Positions 29,587 to 38,280 are shown, counted from the first letter of the stretch. The stretch is 64,000 bases of DNA from Dehalococcoidia bacterium (GCA_965199995.1 OZ241328.1:524316-588315), one strand, 5' to 3'. Notes: generated by a model from the sequence alone, not told the origin. Translations and numbers: made by a program.

Positions 29587-31260
29587 CTACCGCCGGCGCG
29601 AGCCTCCTCCACCGCCGCCGCGCCGGGAGCGCCCGCCGCTCCGGCGTCCGCCGCCGCGGATGTCTTCCACCAGGTCTTCGGCGAACCGGATTTTCCCGGC
29701 GTCCGGCGTAAGCACCGGCATCTCGGTAAGGTCCAAAGGCTCGGCTTCCAGATCGTCGTCTTCGTCTTCCAAGTCTAGGGCAGGCAGCTTATCCAGGGTA
29801 AAGGAATTCAGGTCTTCGACGCTAATTCCCATGGAGTCGTCGGCAGACTCAACTGCAGCATCCCCGTTTAGTTGCTGTTGTAGTTGCTCTTCCTCTTCCC
29901 TGATAAGGACTTCGAGAATACTATCCTCGTCAACGTTGGACACCACTGGTTCCGGAATGCTTTCTTCTTCCTCAGTCTTCACCGGCGTGGGGGCTTCGAT
30001 AGTTTCAGCAGTTACTGCCTCGACATCTTCCACCGCGGCGGCCTCTTCCACTATCGCCGTGGCTTCGGCGACGGCAGCTTCCATCTCGGCTTCCTGCTCT
30101 GCGGCCTCTAGTTCAGCAAGAGCGGCCCCTTCGGCGAGGGCTGCCGCTTCCTCGGCGGCTTTGGCAGCAGCTTCTGCGGCGGCCTGGGCGGCAGCCTGTA
30201 GCCTGGCCTCCCGAATTTCTTCCCACTCCGCCATTCCCTTGATGTCCAGGCGCCAGCCGGTGAGCCGGGCGGCCAGACGGGTGTTCTGGCCTTCTTTGCC
30301 GATGGCTAGGGACAACTGGCGGTCGGGAACTACTACCACGGCGGTTTGCTCCGCGCGCAGCAGTTCCACCTGCACGGGTTCCGAGGGGCTGAGGGAATTT
30401 GCAATGAATGCACGAGGGTCAGAGTCCCAGGAAACGATGTCTATCTTCTCGCCTTGGAGTTCGTTCACGATACTTTGGATGCGGTTGCCCCGGATGCCGA
30501 TGCAGGAGCCAACGGGGTCTATGCCCGGCTGATTGGCGGACACGGCGACCTTGCTACGGAACCCGGCTTCGCGGGCGATGGCCTTGATTTCGACGACGCC
30601 GTTGAATACCTCGGGAACCTCTATCTCAAAGAGGCGGCGCAGCATATTGCGGTGGCTTCGGGATACAAGGATCTCCGGTCCCTTGGAAGCGCTGCGGACA
30701 CTGAGAACGAATACCTTGACCCGCTGACCCTTGCGGTAACGCTCGGTGCTGACTTGCTCATCCTGAGGCAGAATCGCCTGGGCCCGGCCCAAGTCCAGCG
30801 TGATAGCGCGCCCGGGATCGGAGGTTTCTACGATACCGGACATAATATCGCCCTCGTGCTGGGCGAACTCCTGGAAAAGCAATTCACGTTCTGCTTCCCG
30901 CAGCCGTTGCAGAACCACCTGCTTCGCTGTTTGAGCGGCGATGCGGCTGGCGTTGTGGGGCAGCGGCTCTGCGGCGGTGATTTCGTCGCCGATAGCGGCC
31001 CCTTTCTTTATTTTCGCGGCGTCTGCTACGGTGATTTCCCGCTCCGGGTCTTCAACGGCATCCACCACCGTCTTAATAGCATAGACGCTGACTTCCCCGC
31101 TGTTGGGGTTCAGCGTGACAGTGATGTTCTGGCCCGAGGCCGGATTATCTTTCTTGAACGCAGAAGCCAAGGCAACCTCAATGGCGCCCAGCACCTGATC
31201 CATAGGCAAATGGCGCTCCGCGGCCAATTGCTTCAACGCAACCATGAAATCGCTTTTCAT
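29587..31260 (-). CDS. nusA: transcription termination/antitermination factor NusA with a long acidic, RGG-tailed C-terminal extension
   Basis: 557 aa with N-terminal, S1 and 2xKH domains (IGKEGQNTRLAARLTGW). The ~200-aa C-terminal part is Ala/Glu-rich and ends GGGRRSGGRSRRGGGGGGSRRR. Confidence 0.92.
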   Translation of the reverse strand: MKSDFMVALKQLAAERHLPMDQVLGAIEVALASAFKKDNPASGQNITVTLNPNSGEVSVYAIKTVVDAVEDPEREITVADAAKIKKGAAIGDEITAAEPLPHNASRIAAQTAKQVVLQRLREAERELLFQEFAQHEGDIMSGIVETSDPGRAITLDLGRAQAILPQDEQVSTERYRKGQRVKVFVLSVRSASKGPEILVSRSHRNMLRRLFEIEVPEVFNGVVEIKAIAREAGFRSKVAVSANQPGIDPVGSCIGIRGNRIQSIVNELQGEKIDIVSWDSDPRAFIANSLSPSEPVQVELLRAEQTAVVVVPDRQLSLAIGKEGQNTRLAARLTGWRLDIKGMAEWEEIREARLQAAAQAAAEAAAKAAEEAAALAEGAALAELEAAEQEAEMEAAVAEATAIVEEAAAVEDVEAVTAETIEAPTPVKTEEEESIPEPVVSNVDEDSILEVLIREEEEQLQQQLNGDAAVESADDSMGISVEDLNSFTLDKLPALDLEDEDDDLEAEPLDLTEMPVLTPDAGKIRFAEDLVEDIRGGGRRSGGRSRRGGGGGGSRRR

Positions 31261-31307
31261 AGTTCAGCCCCTACTCCGATTCTGGACGCAGATGGCAGGT
31301 CTCCATC

Positions 31308-31367
31308 AACAAGAAAGCGGGCTGTACCCGCTTCATAATAAGGAGGAACCATGTTGCCATAATTATA
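31308..31367 (-). promoter_or_regulatory. candidate nusA promoter (extended -10) plus leader hairpin/attenuator
   Basis: On the minus strand, TGCTATAAT at 31370-31362, then AAGCGGG-UACAG-CCCGCUU followed by UCUUGUUG (31334-31308), about 50 nt before the nusA ATG. Confidence 0.4.
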
Positions 31368-31464
31368 GCACCGCCATTGCGCCTAGGGCAACCGTTGCGC
31401 AGAGCGTCAAGAGCGCACTTTCCTTCGGATGCCCTCCCTTGAGAGGGAAGACAGCGATTAAAAA

Positions 31465-33030
31465 TCACTCTATTTCAGGCTGCTCCAACCCGGTAAGCCG
31501 GTACAACAGCTCCATGTCTAGGCTGTTGCGAACGGTCTGGGCCAGCTTGTCGTATTCGCCGTCGCGGGACAGTTGTCCGCCGGTGTCGGTGGGGGGGGGG
31601 AGTTCCGCGCCTTTCCAGCCGGCCAGTTGCTCCAGCAGGGCTCGGCGCAGGGCGTAGCTGTTGAACAGGCCGTGGACGTAGGTGCCCAGGGCGCGGCCGT
31701 TGGCGGAAATTACTCCGTCGTCCGCCGCCGGCTGACCGGCGCGGCTGATTCGGAAAGGACGCGCAGCTTCGCCGACAGGAGCGGACGAGCCCATGTGAAT
31801 CTCGTAGCCTTCCAGGGCGGCGCTCCCTGCTTGCGCCAGGAGACCGGTGTCCGAGGAAACCAAGCCGCGCACGCGATGAGTTTCCTTGACCGGCGCGAAG
31901 ACCGTATCCACGGGCAGCAAATCTAGGCCGGCGGCTTCCGGGTCCGGGGATTCCACGCCCTCCGGGTCTAGGATGCGGCGGCCCATCATCTGGTAGCCGC
32001 CGCAGATGCCGATGACCGGAGTTCCGCCATCGGCCTGCCGCTGGATTTCCGAGGCGAAGCCGCGCTCGCGGAGCCACCATAGGTCGGCCATGGTGGTCTT
32101 GGTGCCGGGAAGGATAATCAAATCCGGCTCGCCCAGGCTGTCGCGGCTCTCCACATAGCGCAGGCGGACGCCCGGCTCCCGCTGCAGGGGGTCGAAGTCG
32201 TCGAAGTTGGATATGTGGGGGAGGCCCATCACGGCTATGTCCAGCACATGGCCGGTCTGGGATTTCATATCCTGCCGACGCTCCAGAGACACGGAGTCTT
32301 CCTCGGCGATTTCGATGTCGCGGTAGTAGGGAACCACGCCCAAGACCGGCTTGCCGGTGCGTCCTTCCAGCCAGACCAATCCGGGCTCCAGCAATGAAAT
32401 GTCCCCCCGGAACTTGTTGATGATGAAGGCGCCCACCGCGTCCCGTTCCTGCGAGTCCAGTATCTCCATGGTGCCGAGCAAAGAGGCAAACACGCCGCCG
32501 CGGTCTATGTCTCCCGTGAGCAACACTGGGGCGCTGGAATGCAAGGCCACTCGCATATTGACGATTTCGTTCTGCTTGAGGTTTATTTCCGCCGGGCTGC
32601 CCGCGCCCTCGATGACTACTACGTCGTATTGCGACCGCAAAGTATCTAGGGAATTGGCGACCCTCTCCCAGAGCATGGGCTTGGCGGAGGTGAAGTAGCG
32701 GGCCGTCGCCCGGGCCGCAGGCTTGCCCAGCAAAACAACCTGGGAGCTATGGTCTGCTTCGGGTTTCAGCAGGATGGGGTTCATTTCCACTGTCGGCTCA
32801 ATTCCGCAGGCCTCGGCTTGCACCGCCTGAGCCCGGCCCAGCTCGCCGCCGGAGGGGGTTACGAAGGAATTGTTGGACATATTCTGGGCCTTGAACGGGG
32901 CAACGCGGTAGCCGTCTTGGCGGAAGATGCGGCACAGTGCGGTCACCAGCACGCTCTTGCCTACATGAGAGGCAGTGCCTTGCACCATCACCACGCGGCC
33001 TTGAGGGGCGAGAGCGGAACGAGTTTGCAA
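31465..33030 (-). CDS. cobQ: cobyric acid synthase
   Basis: 521 aa. VMVQGTASHVGKS P-loop and a C-terminal glutamine amidotransferase region (ICGGYQMMG). Confidence 0.9.
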   Translation of the reverse strand: MQTRSALAPQGRVVMVQGTASHVGKSVLVTALCRIFRQDGYRVAPFKAQNMSNNSFVTPSGGELGRAQAVQAEACGIEPTVEMNPILLKPEADHSSQVVLLGKPAARATARYFTSAKPMLWERVANSLDTLRSQYDVVVIEGAGSPAEINLKQNEIVNMRVALHSSAPVLLTGDIDRGGVFASLLGTMEILDSQERDAVGAFIINKFRGDISLLEPGLVWLEGRTGKPVLGVVPYYRDIEIAEEDSVSLERRQDMKSQTGHVLDIAVMGLPHISNFDDFDPLQREPGVRLRYVESRDSLGEPDLIILPGTKTTMADLWWLRERGFASEIQRQADGGTPVIGICGGYQMMGRRILDPEGVESPDPEAAGLDLLPVDTVFAPVKETHRVRGLVSSDTGLLAQAGSAALEGYEIHMGSSAPVGEAARPFRISRAGQPAADDGVISANGRALGTYVHGLFNSYALRRALLEQLAGWKGAELPPPTDTGGQLSRDGEYDKLAQTVRNSLDMELLYRLTGLEQPEIE

Positions 33031-33071
33031 ACCTTACCTCGGGATGCTCAGCGGCAGGGGAAGAGTAGCGC

Positions 33072-33119
33072 GGGGTTTCCGCTCCCCGTTTTTACGAGGG
33101 CAAGCTTCGCGGGAACGAC
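33072..33119. repeat. REP-family copy (long hairpin form)
   Basis: gggtttccgctccccgtttttacgagggcaagcttcgcgggaacgac is homologous to 38051-38098, 38221-38268 and, as reverse complement, 44136-44178. Confidence 0.7.
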
Positions 33120-33153
33120 ATATTTCGCGGCTATATGGCGGCGCAATTAGGGT

Positions 33154-34104
33154 TCACCACCAGATTTTGCCCTTGGATTCGTTCCGCAGTTGGTCGTAGT
33201 CCCTAGTCCAGAGAGCGGTGCTTAGATATTTCCAGCCCCCGTCGGCCAGGAGGCAGACAATGGAGCCGCGCTCCATGCGCTCGGCCTGCCGGATAGCCCC
33301 GTAGACTACCGAGCCGGAGGATACGCCGGCGAAGATGCCTTCCTCGGTCAGTAGCCGCTTGGTGGTCTGGAAAGCCTCAAAGCTGCCCACCAGCATCCGC
33401 GAGTCTAGCAGGCTGATGTCTAGAATCGGCGGGATAAAACCGTGCTCCAGGCTGCGCAGGCCAGATATGAAGTCGTCAGGGTCGGGGGCGACGGCGACGA
33501 TTTTCACGGCGGGGTTGTATTCCTTGAGCCGACGGGCGACGCCCATCAATGTGCCGCCGGTGCCTAGACCGGCGACGAACATATCAACGTCGGGGATGGC
33601 CTCGATGATTTCCGGGCCAGTGGTCTCGTAGTGGGCGCCCGGGTTGCCATCGTTGCCGTACTGATACATCATCAGGTAGTCATGAGGCTGTTTCTCAATG
33701 ATGTCTTGGGCCACCTCGATGGAGCCGTTGGTGCCTTTGGATCCGTCGGAAGAGACAATTTCCGCGCCATAGGCTTCCAGCAACTGAATCCGCTCAACGC
33801 TGACGTTTTCAGGCATCACCACGGCGACCTTGTAGCCCTTCATGCGGCCAATCATCGCCAGAGATATGCCGGTATTGCCGCTGGTTGGCTCCAGGATGGT
33901 ACGGGAGCCGCTCAGTTCGCCGCAGGCCTCGGCCTGCTCAATCATCTTGAGGGCGATGCGGTCTTTGACGCTGCCGGTGGGGTTAGCCCCCTCCAGCTTG
34001 GCGAAGATTCGCACTTCCGGCTTGGGACTCAGGTTTTGCAGCTCCACCGTCGGCGTGTTGCCAATGGTGTCCAAAATGCCTTTATAAGTCAGCTTCGCAA
34101 CCAT
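33154..34104 (-). CDS. cysteine synthase family PLP enzyme (CysM/CysK-like)
   Basis: 316 aa. NPTGSVKDRIA (PLP lysine) and GTGGT loop. Confidence 0.85.
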   Translation of the reverse strand: MVAKLTYKGILDTIGNTPTVELQNLSPKPEVRIFAKLEGANPTGSVKDRIALKMIEQAEACGELSGSRTILEPTSGNTGISLAMIGRMKGYKVAVVMPENVSVERIQLLEAYGAEIVSSDGSKGTNGSIEVAQDIIEKQPHDYLMMYQYGNDGNPGAHYETTGPEIIEAIPDVDMFVAGLGTGGTLMGVARRLKEYNPAVKIVAVAPDPDDFISGLRSLEHGFIPPILDISLLDSRMLVGSFEAFQTTKRLLTEEGIFAGVSSGSVVYGAIRQAERMERGSIVCLLADGGWKYLSTALWTRDYDQLRNESKGKIWW

Positions 34105-34128
34105 CTATGACCTGTTGCTGGTTTCAAC

Positions 34129-34201
34129 GCAGAGGATGCGGAGACCTCGCAGAAATTAACTGATGATTAGGGTTCTCTGCGAAATTTTCTGGACCCTCTG
34201 C
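34129..34201. repeat. imperfect long hairpin between cysteine synthase and moeB-like gene
   Basis: gcagagg...tcgcagaa pairs with ttctctgcga...cctctgc. Confidence 0.5.
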
Positions 34202-34238
34202 ATTGAGACGTTTATTTGCTTGGGCATTGGGGTTCGGA

Positions 34239-35087
34239 CTAATGCGCGCCGACGGCCGCCGGCTCCTCGTGGGGGGCTGCCACTCCGCAGAAGACTTCAT
34301 AGTCTATCAGCTCAGTAACGGAAGGATTGTCGCCGCACAACGGGCACTTGGGGTTCCGCTTGAGGCGCACCTCGCGGAAGCTCATATCCAGCGCGTCCAC
34401 GATGAGCAGGCGCGAGGACAGGGACTGCCCGATGCCTAGGAAGTGCTTGAGGGCCTCGGTGGCCTGAATGCTGCCCACCAGTCCGGTCATGGAGCCAAGC
34501 ACACCGGCTTCGGCGCAGTTGGGCACCATCCCCGGCGGCGGGGGCGACGGGAACAAGCAGCGGTAGCAGCCTTCGCCGGGGATGAACACCGTGGCCTGGC
34601 CGTCGAAGGTCAGGATGCTGCCGTCCACCAGCGGCTTGTCCAGCAGGTAGCAGGCGTCGTTAACCAAGTAACGGGTGGCGAAATTGTCGGCGCCGTTCAC
34701 CACCAGGTCGTACTGTTCGATGATTTCCATGGCGTTTTCGGAGTTCAGCCAAGTTTCGTGCAGGACAACGTTTACGTCGGGGTTGTAGGACTTGATGTTG
34801 TCCAAGGCCGACTGTACCTTGGGGCGTCCCACGTCGGCGGTGTGGTGCAGCACCTGGCGTTGGAGGTTGGAGAGGTCCACTACGTCCAAGTCCACGATGC
34901 CGAGGGTGCCGACGCCGGCCAGGGCGAGATAGATGGCGCTGGGAGAGCCGAGGCCGCCGGCGCCGATGATGAGAGCCTTGGACTGCATGAGGGCGCGCTG
35001 ACCCTTGGATCCGACGTCGCCCATAATGATGTGGCGGCTGTACCGTTTGACCTGTTCGGGAGTCAGGGCAATGGGTTGAGTGGCCAT
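34239..35087 (-). CDS. MoeB/ThiF-family E1-like adenylyltransferase (no rhodanese domain)
   Basis: 282 aa. RYSRHI, IIGAGGLGS, DLSNLQRQ, CYRCLFP and KCPLCG motifs. AGGAGG RBS. Confidence 0.85.
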   Translation of the reverse strand: MATQPIALTPEQVKRYSRHIIMGDVGSKGQRALMQSKALIIGAGGLGSPSAIYLALAGVGTLGIVDLDVVDLSNLQRQVLHHTADVGRPKVQSALDNIKSYNPDVNVVLHETWLNSENAMEIIEQYDLVVNGADNFATRYLVNDACYLLDKPLVDGSILTFDGQATVFIPGEGCYRCLFPSPPPPGMVPNCAEAGVLGSMTGLVGSIQATEALKHFLGIGQSLSSRLLIVDALDMSFREVRLKRNPKCPLCGDNPSVTELIDYEVFCGVAAPHEEPAAVGAH

Positions 35088-35185
35088 AGTTATGGTTCCT
35101 CCTGTTCATCCTGAGCTTGTCGAAAGGGCGTTGAATTCCGCCTTCGCTGGGAAGGGCCGCGCCGGAATTATCTTTGCAGGGGGGT

Positions 35186-35245
35186 CAAACAAAAAACCTG
35201 CTCCGGCCCTCGATGGGCGCCCCGGGCGGGGCGGGCGCAGGTTTC
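35186..35245 (-). terminator. intrinsic terminator inside the moeB-cysM leader
   Basis: On the minus strand, AACCUGC...GC-rich...GCAGGUU followed by UUUUUGUUU, about 100 nt upstream of the moeB-like ATG. Confidence 0.6.
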
Positions 35246-35336
35246 AGGCGAAAGGCAACAGAAACCGCCCCCTATGTCGGAGGACAGATGCAAGCGCAAT
35301 CGCAACGGCTGTTCGGCATGTCCATCTAGCGTTGCG

Positions 35337-35366
35337 AGTGTAGCGCGGCACAACAGCGGTTGTCAA
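35337..35366 (-). promoter_or_regulatory. candidate sigma-70-type promoter of the moeB-cysM leader
   Basis: On the minus strand, TTGACA (35366-35361)-N18-TACACT (35342-35337), 17 nt after the res stop. Confidence 0.5.
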
Positions 35367-35382
35367 TGCCGGGCTGGCGTGG

Positions 35383-37908
35383 TCAGGCTTTGTAGACCCC
35401 ATTTAGACTAGCAAGGACTTGATCAAATTTAACGCCCCCAAACACGAGGCGGAAGGTGCCTTTGGCCGGGCCGTCGTTGATGGTCATTGTGCCGGCGTTG
35501 AAGGCGCGTTCCAAAGTCTCGAATACTTTCTTTTTATACTGCGTGTCGTCGTTGCCCTTGAGATGCTCGCCTTTGGTCTCGAATACCAGAATATGCGGTT
35601 TGCCGGTGGTGTCGCCAGCCATAGCCACAAAATCAGGCCAGATGCGTTCCCGTTTCCATCCCCGCAGATAATAGTCTCCTTGCTGGCGCACGGCCACCCG
35701 GTGCCACCAGTGCAGCGCCTTTTGCTCGTCCAGATAACGGGCGAAATTCCTCTCCAGGTCGCTATCGAAATGACGGGCCAGCACTGGCTCGAACAGCGAA
35801 ATTTGTAACGGCTTTCCATAGCTCTGCAAAGCGGATTCGTCTACGCTTACGGGGATTTCATAACTTTCCCGTACTTTGAAGCTGTGGTCGTTGGACTCCA
35901 GGTCGAAGCTGATTTCTCTCTGGCTAAGTTTGTCCAGGAAAATCTTTTCTGACAGATTTTCCACCTTTTCAGACACATGATCCCGCAATGACGCTGCCAG
36001 GTTGCCGCGCTGGTCGTAGATGGCATCACCGGTCATGCCGCCCCTGCGCCGATGATCTACCAACTCTGTCGCGATGCGGGCAGCCTGCCACGGATTAGGC
36101 ACTATGTCGGCCAGACGGCGGGCGAACCAGGATATGCAGACGGTTTTGTCAATGTAAATTTCCCGCTCAGGATGATAAACCTCTTGCTGGCCCCCGACGT
36201 CCACTGTGGCCGATTGTTGCCGGGCAGCCTGGTCCAGCCCACCGTGCGTTTCGGGGATGCCAATAGAGGCCCAATTGATATGCGGCAGTATGTGTTGCTG
36301 ATAATCCAGTTCGCGCCAGCCATCCCCATCCCGGTGATTGACCCTCGGCAAAAATATCTTCTGGCCCCGGAACTTTTTTCTACGCTCTAATTTTGTGCGC
36401 TGGAAATCCCCGGATTCTGAGACAACGTCATCTCCCAATCCGGTCATCCCTTCCTGCTCCAGCCCGTTCTTGACCTGCTTTACCGCAACCCCTACATCGG
36501 TGTTCCAGCAGTAGACATAGCACTGGTCCAGGGCTTCGCGCCCGGTGCGGCGGGCATGGGGCTGCCGCATCACCCGGCCCACTAGCTGGGTGATGGCGCG
36601 CTGCGCCGAGGTGTTGTCCAGCATCACCAGAACGTAGGCAAAGGGGCAATCCCAGCCTTCCATCAGGGCGGCGCGGGTGATTATCCATCGCACCGGCGAA
36701 TACTCCGACAGCAGGTCTTTGCGGCCCAGCTCGTCGTTTTCCGCCGACTTTACCAGTACCTGCTCGGCAGGAACACCCAGGTTTAGTGTCAGATACTGGC
36801 GCACGTCCTCGGCGTGAACCCGCTCGCCGTCCCGCTGGTCTTTGCCGGTGCGCTCCACTCGCACCACAGCGATGGGGCGGATGTAGCGGCCTTCGTTCGC
36901 TTCCAGCGACATCGCTTCGGCGGCGACGCGCTCCAGTTCTTCATGCGCCTGCCCCAAGGTGTACTGCCATTCGGCGCCAGGGAAGGTAGTTACCTGCACG
37001 GGCAGCTTTATCATTTCTTCGTCTTTCAGTTCGACGCCGGTGATGTCCACCAGCAGATTGCTGATGCGATGGTTGGGCGTGGCTGACAACTCTATGACCA
37101 TTTGCGGATTCAGACGGTTGACCGACTGGACGAACTCGCTGGCGTCATTGGCCCGGCCATAGGCTTTATGCGCTTCGTCGAGCACTACCACGGGACGCAT
37201 CATCTTGAAGACATTAAACAGGCTGTGCTTGACCTGCCCGCCCTCAGATGTTCGCTCCAAGTCTGGGTGTTGCTCCAGCAGGCGGCCGTCGCCCAAAGCG
37301 TCGTCGCTATCGGGAAACAGCGTCGGGTAGCGGCCCGAATCGTGGAACATCCGCAAAAACTCCCGGCCTTTCTGCCGGTTAGCGGCGGGCAGCATCAGCA
37401 GCATCACGCACAGATAGTTGTTGACATCGCCGAGGTTGAAAGGCGTTTCCTTTTCCAGCAGTTTGACGCGCCCGCCGCTGGCCCGCTCCAGCATCTGCCG
37501 GTAAGGATGTTCCCGGTTCTTGAGGGCTTCCCAAGTCTGCTGGTAGATGGCCTTAGTGGGCGTTATCCACAGCGTGAGGCTGGTAGGCCGATTCAGCCGT
37601 TCCAGCGCCGCGGCGGCCAGCAGAGTCTTGCCCCCGCCGGTGGGAACCTTGAAGCAGACGTGGGGGATGGGGCGCCCGGCCCCGTCGGTTCGCTCCACGT
37701 AGTCTTGAGACGGATTGGCTACCTCGCCGGCCTCGGCCAGCTTCTGCCAAGCGGCGCGGGGATAGTTGCGAACCTCGGAAGGCGCATCTAATCCGGCCTG
37801 TCGCAAAGCGGCGATACCGGCTTCGCTCTGCTCCTGCGCCGTTTCCAGCGCGCTCAGCCAGCGGCCAAAGGCGTCAAGGGCCTTACGCTGATACTCTTTC
37901 AGTTCCAA
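35383..37908 (-). CDS. res: Type III restriction enzyme Res subunit (SF2 helicase plus C-terminal PD-(D/E)XK nuclease)
   Basis: 841 aa. Walker A VPTGGGKT, DEAH box (VVLDEAHK), C-terminal PDFVAM...LVFETKGEH. It lies downstream of mod on the same strand. Confidence 0.85.
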   Translation of the reverse strand: MELKEYQRKALDAFGRWLSALETAQEQSEAGIAALRQAGLDAPSEVRNYPRAAWQKLAEAGEVANPSQDYVERTDGAGRPIPHVCFKVPTGGGKTLLAAAALERLNRPTSLTLWITPTKAIYQQTWEALKNREHPYRQMLERASGGRVKLLEKETPFNLGDVNNYLCVMLLMLPAANRQKGREFLRMFHDSGRYPTLFPDSDDALGDGRLLEQHPDLERTSEGGQVKHSLFNVFKMMRPVVVLDEAHKAYGRANDASEFVQSVNRLNPQMVIELSATPNHRISNLLVDITGVELKDEEMIKLPVQVTTFPGAEWQYTLGQAHEELERVAAEAMSLEANEGRYIRPIAVVRVERTGKDQRDGERVHAEDVRQYLTLNLGVPAEQVLVKSAENDELGRKDLLSEYSPVRWIITRAALMEGWDCPFAYVLVMLDNTSAQRAITQLVGRVMRQPHARRTGREALDQCYVYCWNTDVGVAVKQVKNGLEQEGMTGLGDDVVSESGDFQRTKLERRKKFRGQKIFLPRVNHRDGDGWRELDYQQHILPHINWASIGIPETHGGLDQAARQQSATVDVGGQQEVYHPEREIYIDKTVCISWFARRLADIVPNPWQAARIATELVDHRRRGGMTGDAIYDQRGNLAASLRDHVSEKVENLSEKIFLDKLSQREISFDLESNDHSFKVRESYEIPVSVDESALQSYGKPLQISLFEPVLARHFDSDLERNFARYLDEQKALHWWHRVAVRQQGDYYLRGWKRERIWPDFVAMAGDTTGKPHILVFETKGEHLKGNDDTQYKKKVFETLERAFNAGTMTINDGPAKGTFRLVFGGVKFDQVLASLNGVYKA

Positions 37909-37952
37909 TGCCGCCCCTGGATATTCTCAAAGTGCGCCGGTAATAGGACCGC

Positions 37953-38270
37953 CGCTCTCTCCCAATCATTGTCCGCCGCTCCTCGTCATTCCCGCGAAAG
38001 CGGGAATCTACGCTACTAACCTGCGAAAGATAGTATCTGCCCAAGTTCCTGGATTCCCGCTCCTCGTTTTCAAGGGGACAAGCTTTGCGGGAATGACGGG
38101 CACGCCGTCTGTCATCCCCCGTCGCTCTCTCCCAATCATTGTCCGCCGCCCCTCGTCATTCCCGCGAAAGCGGGAATCTACGCTACTAACCTGCGAAAGA
38201 TAGTATCTGCCCAAGTTCCTGTATTCCCGCTCCCCGTTTTCAAGGGGACAAGCTTTGCGGGAATGATGGG
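37953..38270. repeat. tandem duplication (period 170 bp) of a composite REP/MITE-like element between mod and res
   Basis: Copy 1 is at 37953-38100 and copy 2 at 38123-38270, with only a few mismatches. Each contains ttcccgcgaaagcgggaa and cccgctcc(c/t)cgttttcaaggggacaagctttgcggg hairpins. Confidence 0.9.
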
Positions 38271-38280
38271 AGGCTCCCAC

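Noticed and set aside
26007-31338. Plus-strand ORFs of 375, 368 and 330 aa opposite truB/rbfA and nusA.
   Set aside because: They are antisense to well-supported operon genes, have low-complexity Ala/Arg/Ser-rich translations, and are high-GC shadow ORFs.
31341-31362. Perfect SD (AAGGAGG) plus ATG on the plus strand, giving a 3-codon ORF (MLP*).
   Set aside because: It is too short to be meaningful, and the sequence is the complement of the CCUCCU element in the nusA leader on the other strand.
33031-33153. Cobalamin riboswitch expected upstream of cobQ.
   Set aside because: The region is only about 120 nt and is occupied by a REP-family hairpin. No B12-box-like sequence was seen by eye. 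A cmscan would be needed for certainty.
35168-35353. 61-aa minus-strand ORF as a possible CysO/ThiS-like sulfur carrier upstream of the moeB-like gene.
   Set aside because: It does not end in Gly-Gly, has no RBS, and overlaps the predicted leader terminator. It is better explained as non-coding leader RNA.
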